From positions 16,834 to 80,833 of the IMG/VR virus record IMGVR_UViG_2934734009_000001: a DNA stretch of 64,000 bases; one strand, given 5' to 3'. Made by a program: the position numbers and the translations under genes. This DNA is from a virus. Taxonomy: Duplodnaviria; Caudoviricetes. Positions within the stretch are counted from its first letter, which is position 1; each line of letters opens with the position of its first letter. Positions 42,780 to 51,183 of the stretch are shown here, one piece after another. The notes under the pieces are model-generated. The model did no database searches and was not told where the DNA came from. It was given only the letters and a program-made list of their open reading frames with translations.

Positions 42780-42959
42780 TCAGTCGCTGTCTGGCAGGTG
42801 TCCGTGTCCGTCGCAGGTGGTGCACTGGATGACGTCGGAGTCCTGGCACAGCGGGCTGTCGCAGTCGTGGGCGTAGGGGTTTTCGATTCGCCCGGTGCTG
42901 TGGCAGTCCCGGCATGCGACGCGCCCGGCGGGGACGGCGATGTCGGCGGTGTGCGGCAT
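42780..42959 (-). CDS. Small DnaJ-type zinc-finger protein
   Basis: Hand translation ...CRDCHSTG...CTTCDGHG...; CAGGAT 6 nt before ATG. Confidence 0.55.
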   Translation of the reverse strand: MPHTADIAVPAGRVACRDCHSTGRIENPYAHDCDSPLCQDSDVIQCTTCDGHGHLPDSD

Positions 42960-43051
42960 GGGCCAATCCTGCCCTGCAGCCGCAGCCTGTTGGGCCCGAA
43001 CACACGGAAGCGGCCCCTACCCGTCTGGGGGGGGCCGCGGCGCGTCCGGGG

Positions 43052-43417
43052 TCAGCTCTGGTGGCAGTCGCATTCGCAGCCGGCCCCGCACCATTTACAC
43101 GACGCCGGCTTCTTCGCCCCCACCTTCCCGGTCTTCCCCTGGCAGTACCCGTGCTCACCGTGCAGGCAGCCCGTCGACAGATACACGTGCACGGTTGCGT
43201 CGGGGTGATCGGCCTGCCGGATGAACTCTGTACTGACGTCCGGTTGGGCGCCGTCGAGGAGGTAGTCGATGCTCTCGACGGTGGCCCAGATGTCGTGATG
43301 CTCGGGGTACAGCTGGAACGCGGCGGCGCGTTCGCGGAGGACGGTTTCGGTGAGCCCGGTCGACGCGATCAGCCGGGCGCGCTGTTCCTGTAGCTCGGCG
43401 GGGGTTTTCTCGGTCAT
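43052..43417 (-). CDS. Cys/His-rich hypothetical protein
   Basis: HVYLSTGCLHGEHGYC...CKWCGAGCECDCH; GAAGGA RBS. Confidence 0.65.
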   Translation of the reverse strand: MTEKTPAELQEQRARLIASTGLTETVLRERAAAFQLYPEHHDIWATVESIDYLLDGAQPDVSTEFIRQADHPDATVHVYLSTGCLHGEHGYCQGKTGKVGAKKPASCKWCGAGCECDCHQS

Positions 43418-43574
43418 CGGTTCTTCCTTCGTGCTGCTCGCCGTGTGGCCCGGTTGGCCCGTGGCTGTGGTTGGCCGTCGGGAACAACGCGTTCGCCGCC
43501 GGGTTGGAGGACGGTTTCCCACCGGGCCCCGGGGCGACCGGCACGCTCGCCCCGGGGGCTGCTGGACGGCCGGC

Positions 43575-43739
43575 TCATGGCCGTTGCTGCTTGACGTTGC
43601 CCGCCGCGTCGAGGTGCCCGTCGGCGGTCGCGAGGAGCCGCATCGCCCGGCCGAGGACACTGGCTGGCGACTCGCCGCGGTACAGGCGCAGCAGCCGGGA
43701 CGTGTCCGGGTCGAGGCGGACGGTGAGTGGGCGGATCAT
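43575..43739 (-). CDS. Small RHH-like protein
   Basis: MIRPLTVRLDPDTSRLL...SVLGRAMRLL; coupled start. Confidence 0.5.
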   Translation of the reverse strand: MIRPLTVRLDPDTSRLLRLYRGESPASVLGRAMRLLATADGHLDAAGNVKQQRP

Positions 43740-43987
43740 GTGGGCTCCTTCGTGGCGGGCCTGCACACGCAGGCGCAGTGGAGGCTGGGACTGCCGGTCG
43801 GACAGGGCTGGCAGGGCCCGGGGTCGGGCCGCCCGCACCCGCACAGGTCGGCGACCGGGGGCGGGTTGAGTGCGGCTCGGATGAGGCGGGCGCAGCAAGA
43901 TCCGACTGGCCCGGCGTCTACCGCCTGGCGGACGCGGGCGACGACGGTCCGGAGGTGCTGGAGCTCGGTGTCGCGGGTGTCGGTCAT
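43736..43987 (-). CDS. Hypothetical protein
   Basis: GAGGAG RBS; Cys-rich C-terminus. Confidence 0.55.
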   Translation of the reverse strand: MTDTRDTELQHLRTVVARVRQAVDAGPVGSCCARLIRAALNPPPVADLCGCGRPDPGPCQPCPTGSPSLHCACVCRPATKEPT

Positions 43988-43995
43988 GGGTCTCC

Positions 43996-44226
43996 TCAGG
44001 CGGTGGCTGCGCGTTGGTCGCGGTCACGTGCGGCCCGGCATCGGGGGTACGGGCAGCCGGCCACCGGGGGCAGGTGGTGGGTGTTGCAGACGGCGAGTTG
44101 GTCGGTGCACTGGGCAGCGACGAGGTGCCCGACGAGGGTGCGGAGCCGGGCGCTCTCCTCGGGGAGGAGGACGTTGCGGTCGGCCCGGTCGAGGAGGTGG
44201 TCGAGCTCGGTGGGCTGGGTGGTCAC
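43996..44226 (-). CDS. Hypothetical protein
   Basis: LDHLLDRADRNVLLPEESARLR; coupled start. Confidence 0.55.
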   Translation of the reverse strand: MTTQPTELDHLLDRADRNVLLPEESARLRTLVGHLVAAQCTDQLAVCNTHHLPPVAGCPYPRCRAARDRDQRAATA

Positions 44227-44417
44227 CGGGCCCCCTCGGTGGTCTCGGCGTCGAGCAGGGCCAGGGCGTGGACGAGGAGCGCCCGGCAGATGGCCCGCTC
44301 GCGGGCGTCGGAGACGGGCATGTGGTCGACGAGGGTGATGGCGTCTCCGGTGCTGGAGGCGTAGACGATGCAGGGGCCTCGGTCAGCGGTAAAGGTGAAG
44401 GCGGCGGTGTCGGCCAT
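44223..44417 (-). CDS. Hypothetical protein
   Basis: RERAICRALLVHALALLD; GGAAGGA RBS. Confidence 0.6.
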   Translation of the reverse strand: MADTAAFTFTADRGPCIVYASSTGDAITLVDHMPVSDARERAICRALLVHALALLDAETTEGAR

Positions 44418-44482
44418 GGCGGGTGGTCCTTCCGGGTCAGGGTGGCCGCCTGTGGTGGGGCGGCCACACAGCAGACAGGCGG

Positions 44483-44956
44483 TCAGGCGGCGGGCTTCCG
44501 CCAGGCGTCGACGTTGTGCTTGTGGTCGGGGTCGGGCATGACGATCGCGTCGCGGCGCAGCCCGTACCCGATGACCGTGCCGGAGCGGAGGTGCGGGTTC
44601 CCGGCGGACGTTCCGTTGCAGTCGTCGTCAGGCCCGCAGGCGTCGCCCTGGTGGCGGCCGTGCTGGCACCGGTCGAGGTCGGCGAGGAGGGTTCGCCAGA
44701 GGCAGTGCGCTTCGGAGTGCTGCTGGGACAGCTCGTTGAGGGGTACGGCGGGCTTGGTGCGGTTGAGGGCGTGGTCGATGCTCTGGAGTGCGGCGGTGAC
44801 CTTGGCGTGGAGCGGGGAGTACATGACGCGCTCGGCGCAGTGCAGGGCGGCGTTCATCTCGGCGTGGGCGGTGAGGTGCCGCTGGGTGGCGTCAAGGGCG
44901 AGCCAGGCTTTCTCCAGCTCGCGGCGAAGGTCGGCGACGGTGGCGGACTCGGTCAT
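44483..44956 (-). CDS. Hypothetical protein
   Basis: GAGGAG RBS; DLDRCQHGRHQGDAC motif. Confidence 0.65.
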   Translation of the reverse strand: MTESATVADLRRELEKAWLALDATQRHLTAHAEMNAALHCAERVMYSPLHAKVTAALQSIDHALNRTKPAVPLNELSQQHSEAHCLWRTLLADLDRCQHGRHQGDACGPDDDCNGTSAGNPHLRSGTVIGYGLRRDAIVMPDPDHKHNVDAWRKPAA

Positions 44957-44981
44957 GTGGTGTCTCCTCGGTGGGCCGGGA

Positions 44982-45248
44982 TCACCCGGCAGCAGGGGCG
45001 GGGGTGTTGGCGGTTCGGCTCACGAGAGCGAGCGAAAGGGCGACCAGCTCGTTGTCGGGTCGAGGGTCGTTTCGCCACCGCAGGACGGAACATCCGGCGA
45101 TGGATCCCTCGTCGATCTCGTGCAGGGTCGGCTCCTGCCAGGCGTGGTTCTGCCAGTCCTCGGGGGGAGGTGTGGCCCCGCGCTGGGCGCTGTCCGGCCA
45201 CCGGACCACGACGGTCCGCTCAACCAGAGCGGCGGTGAACTCGGTCAT
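44982..45248 (-). CDS. Hypothetical protein
   Basis: Start lies within the 27-bp junction repeat. Confidence 0.5.
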   Translation of the reverse strand: MTEFTAALVERTVVVRWPDSAQRGATPPPEDWQNHAWQEPTLHEIDEGSIAGCSVLRWRNDPRPDNELVALSLALVSRTANTPAPAAG

Positions 45249-45468
45249 CGTGTGGGCTCCTCGGGCGCTCGGGTGCGGTCCTTGCGGCAGCCGGGGCAAA
45301 GGTCGCGGCGGCCGCGCTTGCGGGACCAGCCGTAGCTCTTGGCCTCTCGCAGGGCCTCGCTGATGTTTCGGGCGGACGGCACGGTGCTGTTGTCCATGGG
45401 TTCGTCGCAGCCGTCGCAGTAGACGAAGGCGCGCAGGAAGGCGGTCATCGTGTGGGCTCCTCGGGCGC
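45242..45468. repeat. 27-bp exact direct repeat at gene junctions
   Basis: CGGTCATCGTGTGGGCTCCTCGGGCGC at 45242-45268 and 45442-45468. Confidence 0.85.
45245..45448 (-). CDS. Small zinc-ribbon protein
   Basis: CDGC...GW...DLCPGC. Confidence 0.6.
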   Translation of the reverse strand: MTAFLRAFVYCDGCDEPMDNSTVPSARNISEALREAKSYGWSRKRGRRDLCPGCRKDRTRAPEEPTR

Positions 45469-46140
45469 GGCAGGGACAGCGGGGGTCGGGGTGTGCGGGT
45501 CGTCCGGCTGCCCGGCTTGGTGGTCGGCGTTCTTCTCGCACCGGCCGCCGCCGGGGATCATCACGGGGCAGCGTCCGGGGCGGTGCGCCTGCTCGGTCTG
45601 GTGTGCCCCGGCGGCAGCCTCACCGGCCAGACGGCGCAGCTCCGACGTGGCCCACGTGATTCCGGCGGCGAGACGGGGCCGGGTGGCTTCGTCCGCAGCG
45701 TCGAGGCGGTCGGCCTCGGCCCGGAGCACGGCGGCCCGGTCGGCAGGCGCGGGCGGGACGGCAACGGGGCGCGCGTCCAGGCAGCGGGTATCCGAGCCGG
45801 GGCTGTGGATCCACCCGGGCCCGTCAGGGTGCGTCATCCACTCGACGGGGTCTCCGCAAACGCAGCGGCGGTCGTCCTCGCTCGTGGTGCCGAGGAGCTG
45901 CCGGGCCACCGCCAGGGCAGGGCGCTCGGCCTCGAACGTCATCGCCGCGTCGAGCAGCTCGCGAATGAACGGCGTCTCCTCGTCAGCCGTCAGCTCAGCA
46001 GCGTGAAGACGCAGCGAGTACGCGGCAGGGTCCGGCGCGTAGGCGTCCCAACGAGAGGCGAGGACGTCGGCGTGATGGGCAAGCAGCGCGGCGAGGCGGT
46101 CGCGCAGCTGGTCGGCGGGGCGGTCAGAGGTGGTGGGCAT
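45445..46140 (-). CDS. Mosaic hypothetical phage protein
   Basis: GGAG RBS; PADRAAVLRAEAD...ELRRLA segments. Confidence 0.6.
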   Translation of the reverse strand: MPTTSDRPADQLRDRLAALLAHHADVLASRWDAYAPDPAAYSLRLHAAELTADEETPFIRELLDAAMTFEAERPALAVARQLLGTTSEDDRRCVCGDPVEWMTHPDGPGWIHSPGSDTRCLDARPVAVPPAPADRAAVLRAEADRLDAADEATRPRLAAGITWATSELRRLAGEAAAGAHQTEQAHRPGRCPVMIPGGGRCEKNADHQAGQPDDPHTPTPAVPAAPEEPTR

Positions 46141-46481
46141 CAAGGGCTCCAAGGTGGTCGGCGGTACGGTGGGTGGGCCGGCTGCCCCCGGGTCGAACGG
46201 GGGCAGCCGGTACTGCGTTCAGGTCGGCGATCACAGCGACCACAAGGTCGGCTGCATGTGCCTAAGTTCCAGGGCGGTTTGGCCGCGAATCTGTTCGTCT
46301 GGGGGCGGATCGGCCCGCTGTGCGCCTCGCTGACGTTTTTCGCCCCGCTGGGACTCGGGGACACCAGAAGCCTGTTCGTCGGCGAGAGGGCCCGTTCTGG
46401 CCCGCGACGGGGGTGCCACGGCCTCGCGCCCGCGCCCCGCCCGACGACCGGTCCCCCTCACGTCGGGGTTCAACGTGCACA

Positions 46482-46751
46482 TCAGGCGGCCTCCGCCAGC
46501 GCCGCCAGCAACGCCTTTCGGTTCGCCGCGGCCTGTGCGGGTGAGGTCTGGACCCGGGTCGGCCTGTCGCCCAACACCCGCCCGGTGGGGAGCGCTTCGG
46601 CGTACAGGCGGCCGAGCCGGTCGGCGGGCGGGAGGCGGAGTGCGTGCCTGGCCCGGCCGACGGTGGCGGGGTCGCAGCCGAGGCGGTGGGCGATGGAGGC
46701 GTTGGTGTGGCCTTCGCGGATGAGCTCGGCGATGTCGGCGCGGATCTTCAT
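46482..46751 (-). CDS. HTH domain protein
   Basis: GHTNASIAHRLGCDPATVGRAR. Confidence 0.7.
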   Translation of the reverse strand: MKIRADIAELIREGHTNASIAHRLGCDPATVGRARHALRLPPADRLGRLYAEALPTGRVLGDRPTRVQTSPAQAAANRKALLAALAEAA

Positions 46752-47161
46752 GTGCTGGCCTCCTTGGCGATGGCGTTCTCGTAGCAAGCGCGGGCGGCAA
46801 TGAACTGGGCGTCGGTGCCGCCCCGGTCGGGATGGGCTGCGGCCATCTCGGCTTTGAGCCGGGGCAGGTCGAGATCCCACTGAGGCGGGAAGGTCTGCGG
46901 CGGCTGGGCGTGAAGCCGGAGGTCCGGCTCCCACCACTGGCCTCGCCGGGTGATCTCACCGTCGGTCTCAAGGCGGTACCGGTCGACGAACCGGATGCGC
47001 GGGCCTCGGCCATAGAGCTCGGCGTCGTAGTAGATCCGCTTCGCGGTCTTCTTCGTGATCCGGAAGGCGACGACGCTCTCGGGCTGCCAGTCGTCGTTGG
47101 CATCGAAGCGGCCGGGCTTGATGCCGTACAGGAACTCAACCTGCACCGGGGCGGCGCTCAT
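46748..47161 (-). CDS. Hypothetical protein with C-terminal J-domain-like HPD motif
   Basis: LKAEMAAAHPDRGGTDAQFIAARACYE. Confidence 0.65.
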   Translation of the reverse strand: MSAAPVQVEFLYGIKPGRFDANDDWQPESVVAFRITKKTAKRIYYDAELYGRGPRIRFVDRYRLETDGEITRRGQWWEPDLRLHAQPPQTFPPQWDLDLPRLKAEMAAAHPDRGGTDAQFIAARACYENAIAKEAST

Positions 47162-47478
47162 GCGGCACTCCGGTCGGCCTCGACGTGCCGGGCCGGGTGC
47201 ACAACCCCGCCCTCAAGGGCCCGTCCGTCGGCGTGGCACGGCACGGTCGGGGTCACCTGGCAGGTGGGGCAGCAGGCCACCATCTGGGCCCGTGCGTCAA
47301 CCCGCTGCTGGTGAACCTGGGCAAGCGGCACACCGCGGGACGGAATCCGGCAGGGCTTGTGGGCGCCGACCCCGCAGTGGGGGCACGGGAGGGCGCGGGC
47401 GGGGTGCTGGCCGGCGCGCATGAAGTGCCGGATCGAGTCGGGCATCGGGGCGGTGGCCCCGTAGCGCTTGGTGGTCAT
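47158..47478 (-). CDS. Double zinc-finger protein
   Basis: CPHCGV..HKPC...H; CPTCQV...PC...H. Confidence 0.7.
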   Translation of the reverse strand: MTTKRYGATAPMPDSIRHFMRAGQHPARALPCPHCGVGAHKPCRIPSRGVPLAQVHQQRVDARAQMVACCPTCQVTPTVPCHADGRALEGGVVHPARHVEADRSAA

Positions 47479-47493
47479 CGGGTGTCCTTTCGG

Positions 47494-47775
47494 CTAGCAG
47501 TTGCCGCAGTGGCAGGGGTCGTTGTCGTGGCCTTGGCCGGTCCGGTAGCGGTCGAGCTCCCGCTGCCAGTCGGTGGCGGTGTGCCGGATCGGCCGCGGGT
47601 CGGGTGGTCTGGTTCCGGTGGGCCAGTGGCCGGGGCGGTGACCGGGCGGCTTCGGCGGCGGCACGGGCGGGGTGGTCTTCTGGGTGCGCCCGGCGCGGAG
47701 TTGGCCGCGGAGGAAGCCGCTGAGGTCGCCCTCCCGGCGCATCGCGGCGATGTCGGAGGCGTCGAAGTCCGTCAC
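47494..47775 (-). CDS. Hypothetical protein
   Basis: DIAAMRREGDL...HRPGHWPTG; coupled start. Confidence 0.6.
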   Translation of the reverse strand: MTDFDASDIAAMRREGDLSGFLRGQLRAGRTQKTTPPVPPPKPPGHRPGHWPTGTRPPDPRPIRHTATDWQRELDRYRTGQGHDNDPCHCGNC

Positions 47776-48503
47776 GACGCCTCGGCTTCCGGGGGCTCCT
47801 CGGCGGCGGCCATGCGTTCGAGGGCTGCGAGGGACGCGGCACGCCGCTGCTGGATCTCTTCCGGCGTCTCGAGCTGGGCGGGCTCCCCTCGAGCTACCCG
47901 GCCGCGGGCGGCGTGCGGGTTCTTCAGCTCTCGAGGTCGGCGCCCCCCGAACCCCTCCGCCTTGCAGGGGCGGCCGATGGCCGCCTTGCAGATCGGGCAG
48001 TCGACTCCGAGCGGTCCGGGCCTGCGGATCGCGGCGACTTCGTCCGACTGCTCCTCGGGCTCCTCGTCCGGGACTTCGCGTCCGATGAGGTTGGTGAGTG
48101 CCTTCATGTCGCGGGGTGTGCCGGAGGGGAGTGCCAGCCGTTCGGGTGCTGCGGGCCGTTCGCCGTTCGCGGTGGCCTCGAGCTGGTTGCGGAGCCGCTG
48201 GAGGTAGTGCGGGTCGGTGTCGCCGGGCGGCGGTTCGTAGACGAAGTCGGCGACTCGCTCGGCTCGGATTTTGCGGGCGATGCCGATGATGTCGGGGGTG
48301 GTTACGCGGCGCCGCTGGTCGGGCTCGAGGCTGGCCATGTCCCGGGCGTAGAACCGGGTCAGGGCCTGCTCGGCTACCTGGAAGGTGACGTTGGCGGCGT
48401 TGAGGTCGGCGTGCCAGGCGAGGACGTCGGCGTCTCCGACGGTGCGCTGATCGCGGGCGGCGGCGAGTCCGAGGAGCCTGCCCGCCTCTTCGAAGGTGAT
48501 CAC
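47772..48503 (-). CDS. Putative helicase loader/inhibitor-like protein with zinc finger
   Basis: EEAGRLLGLAAARDQRTVGDADVLAWH...TPDII directly after the rep gene; CPIC...PC...H. Confidence 0.6.
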   Translation of the reverse strand: MITFEEAGRLLGLAAARDQRTVGDADVLAWHADLNAANVTFQVAEQALTRFYARDMASLEPDQRRRVTTPDIIGIARKIRAERVADFVYEPPPGDTDPHYLQRLRNQLEATANGERPAAPERLALPSGTPRDMKALTNLIGREVPDEEPEEQSDEVAAIRRPGPLGVDCPICKAAIGRPCKAEGFGGRRPRELKNPHAARGRVARGEPAQLETPEEIQQRRAASLAALERMAAAEEPPEAEAS

Positions 48504-49498
48504 TGGTTCTCCTGGGTCTGTGCGTCGTGGAGTGCTTGGAGGCGGCGGCCGGTCTCGAGTGCTTGGTTCACCCGGGCGTCGGTGGTGGAGGGGCGCTGGC
48601 CGGGGGTGAAGCGCAGGACGTTGCCGCCGATCTCCGTGGAGGGCTGGCTGTCGGGCAGTGCCGGGACGGCCTCAGGTTCGGGCTCGAGGGATTCCCAGTC
48701 GGCAAGCCAGGCGCTCGCGCTTCCGGGGGCTCCGCGGTAGCTGGCATTGCTGACGGCCATGGCGACCATGGGGGCGATGCCGACGTACTCGCGGACTTGG
48801 CGGGCTCGTTCGATCTGGGATGCCTGGAGGTTCCAGCTGACGCCTGTGATGCCGGCGGCGGCGATGGCCCGCTTGAGGTCGCCGAGGGTGTCGTAGGAGC
48901 GGATCTCGGGCTCGCCCCCGCGTGCTGCAGCTACAGGGGTACTTCCGGAGGAAGTACCCGGCAAAGGCGTGGCAGCGGCATGGGTATGCGCAGCACCTCC
49001 AGCGGGCGTGCGGTGTGACAGAGTGCCCTGACCTGCGGTGGAGCCCGAAAAGTGGGGTTCATTTTGAACGCGATTTGAACGCGAATCGGATCCATTTCGG
49101 TTCGCTTTTGGATCCGAATCGCGTTCAGTTTCGGCAGCTTTTCGGTTCGCACGGCTCTTGGCGGCGCGCTCGGCGGCCCCCTGCTTGTTCGCTTCGTGCT
49201 GCGCCCGGGTGGTGTTCCGGCCGCCCTCGAAGAAGTCGTGGATCATGTAGCCGTCGGTGGGCTGGGGGCAGCTCTTGCAGTCGTGCCCGGCCTCGTGCCA
49301 CAGGCCGGCGTCGATGAGCTTCCGCACCTGCGCCGGTGTGCCCTTGAAGGGCTTCACGATGTCCATGGGGACGAACCCCTCGAGGAGGTGCTGGGCGGAG
49401 TAGGAGCCGCACCGCAGCCACAGACCGAGCGCAGCGTTCCCTGCCCGAATGAACTTCGGGTGGGAGTGCGCTGAGTCGTCGATCTTGAACCAGGGCAT
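48500..49498 (-). CDS. Phage replication initiator
   Basis: MPWFKIDDSAHSHPKF...ALGLWLRCGSY...LIDAGLW...YMIHDF N-terminal domain; internal AT-rich repeat block. Confidence 0.75.
   Translation of the reverse strand: MPWFKIDDSAHSHPKFIRAGNAALGLWLRCGSYSAQHLLEGFVPMDIVKPFKGTPAQVRKLIDAGLWHEAGHDCKSCPQPTDGYMIHDFFEGGRNTTRAQHEANKQGAAERAAKSRANRKAAETERDSDPKANRNGSDSRSNRVQNEPHFSGSTAGQGTLSHRTPAGGAAHTHAAATPLPGTSSGSTPVAAARGGEPEIRSYDTLGDLKRAIAAAGITGVSWNLQASQIERARQVREYVGIAPMVAMAVSNASYRGAPGSASAWLADWESLEPEPEAVPALPDSQPSTEIGGNVLRFTPGQRPSTTDARVNQALETGRRLQALHDAQTQENQ
49063..49150. repeat. Putative phage replication origin iterons
   Basis: TTTGAACGCGA twice in tandem (49063, 49074); 19-bp inverted repeat with one mismatch (49076/49109); TTTCGGTTCGC twice (49095, 49140). 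Confidence 0.65.
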
Positions 49499-49562
49499 CG
49501 GGACTTCCTTCTGGCGGTACGGATAGGTACGGGCTGTCAGCGGTGTGGGGCCCGCGGTCGGG

Positions 49563-50234
49563 TCAGTCGTCGCCGGCGTCGCCGGGGGTCACGAGATGCC
49601 GGTTGGCGGGCTCGTGGCCGGCGGGGAGGATGCAGCCGGCGCCGTGGGTCTGGTCTTCGCCGTAGGGGCAGACCCCGCTGGGGAAGGCGTTCGGCTTGCC
49701 GGCGGCCCGGTCCCGCCCGGCGTCGGTGATGGTGATGTGCCGACCGCCGGCGAAGCTGTAGGTGATCTCCGCGTATCCGGCGGTGGCCACGGCGAAGTAG
49801 GTGTTGTCGCGGGCGCTGAATCCGTCGGGGCTACCGAGGTGCCAGATGCCGCGCCGCTGCCCGGAGTGGATGAGCACCGGTTCGGCGTGCTCGGCGAGGG
49901 CGCGGAGGAGCTTGAGCGCCGCCGGCGACTCGGGGTTGGGGGGCTTTGTCTCGCGCTTGGGCTTGGCTGCGGCGTCGAGGTGGGCGAGCAGTCGCCGGCC
50001 GGCTTCGGTGATGCGCACCGGTGATTCGTCGTTGCCGCCGTCCGTGACGAGGTCGCGGGCGGTGAGCGGGTAGAAGGTGCGGGCGTTGTAGGCGGCGAGG
50101 GTGTTGGGGTGGGTGTAGCGGGCTCGGGCGGCGTGCTGGAACTGGACGCCGGCGCCGGTGTCGTACTTCGCGATTTCGCGGAGCAGCTTTTCGGAGGCCG
50201 GCGGGAGGGGCTGCGGGTGTGTGGGCTGTGCCAT
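49563..50234 (-). CDS. Hypothetical protein with two wHTH-like repeats
   Basis: VRITEAGRR and ITITDAGRD repeated ends. Confidence 0.6.
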   Translation of the reverse strand: MAQPTHPQPLPPASEKLLREIAKYDTGAGVQFQHAARARYTHPNTLAAYNARTFYPLTARDLVTDGGNDESPVRITEAGRRLLAHLDAAAKPKRETKPPNPESPAALKLLRALAEHAEPVLIHSGQRRGIWHLGSPDGFSARDNTYFAVATAGYAEITYSFAGGRHITITDAGRDRAAGKPNAFPSGVCPYGEDQTHGAGCILPAGHEPANRHLVTPGDAGDD

Positions 50235-50284
50235 CGGAGTCCTCGTCTCGACGAAGGAGGTCATGGGGGCCGAGTGGGCGGCGG

Positions 50285-50725
50285 TCACGCGGCGGCCCCG
50301 GCGGTGTCGGCGTCGAGGGCGGTCACGGTGGGGCAGGGCCACTCATGCCGGTCGGGCCGCCAACTGGGGCCGTCGTCGTCCTCGTTGATGCAGGTGCCGC
50401 AGATCCATCCGAGGTGGCGGCGGGCGCACAGGTACTCGCCGCCCTGGTCGGATTCGCAGTGGTCGTCGTCGTAGCCGTCGCTATTCGGGTCGCAGCCGCA
50501 GTCGTCGGCGATGGGGAGGATCTCCTGCCGGGGGTGCTCGAACCGGATGAGGAGTTCGGGGTGGTTGCGTTCGGCGGCGTAGCGGATGCGGGCGAGGACT
50601 TCGGTGGCTGTCTCGCCGGAGTTGGGGGTGATGTTGAGCGCCTGCCAGGCGACGGCTTCGGCAGCGCGTGCACGCCGTTTCAGCAGGTCGTATCCGGTGC
50701 GGTTCAGGTCGTCGGCGATGGTCAT
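50285..50725 (-). CDS. Cys-rich hypothetical protein
   Basis: GAGAGGG RBS; CGTC...WPCPTVTAL; flanked by an 18-bp direct repeat (50263, 50751). Confidence 0.6.
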   Translation of the reverse strand: MTIADDLNRTGYDLLKRRARAAEAVAWQALNITPNSGETATEVLARIRYAAERNHPELLIRFEHPRQEILPIADDCGCDPNSDGYDDDHCESDQGGEYLCARRHLGWICGTCINEDDDGPSWRPDRHEWPCPTVTALDADTAGAAA

Positions 50726-50884
50726 TTCGATCCCTCTCGCGGAACGGGTTATGGGGGCCGAGTGGGCGCACGGAACCAGGCCCATGTGGGCCGGGCCGTT
50801 TTCCCGCTTGGCTACAACGCCATCATAGCTAAGAAAGCGAATTAGCGTTGTTGTGATTCGTAGCGAATCCGCTACTGTTGAGTC

Positions 50885-51100
50885 ATGACCGCGACCCGCA
50901 TCGAGCGCCGAACCAAGATCGCCAAGGCCAGAAACGTCCTTGGCGAGGTCATCTCGCGCTCCCGATACGCCGGCGAGGCGACGATCCTGGTGAACCGCCG
51001 GAAGGAAGCGGCCGTGATCGTTCCCTACGACTTCTACGAGCGCGCCATCGCAGCGCTCGGCGAAACCAGGGAACTCGTCGAGTCCGAAGACGACGACTGA
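50885..51100 (+). CDS. Phd/YefM-family antitoxin-like protein (orphan)
   Basis: IAKARNVLGEVISR...GEATILVNRRKEAAVIVP; TACTGT 6 nt before ATG; GTAGCG-AATC-CGCTAC palindrome in the promoter. Confidence 0.75.
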   Translation: MTATRIERRTKIAKARNVLGEVISRSRYAGEATILVNRRKEAAVIVPYDFYERAIAALGETRELVESEDDD

Positions 51101-51183
51101 CGTCACTTCTCCTCCTCCCTCCCCCGCCCCGGCGGGGTTTTGTCGTGCCTGTGGGCGGGCCACGTGTGGTGGCCCGCCCGTTG

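Noticed and set aside
46231-46485. Possible ORF MCTLNPDVRG... after the HTH gene
   Set aside because: Coupled start but low-complexity, frame-ambiguous sequence; a product cannot be supported.
28090-49040. Recurring TGACCTGCGG / CCGCAGGT motif near clt (28092, 28201) and the rep origin (49029)
   Set aside because: Few copies of a short GC-rich word; enrichment cannot be shown without counting.
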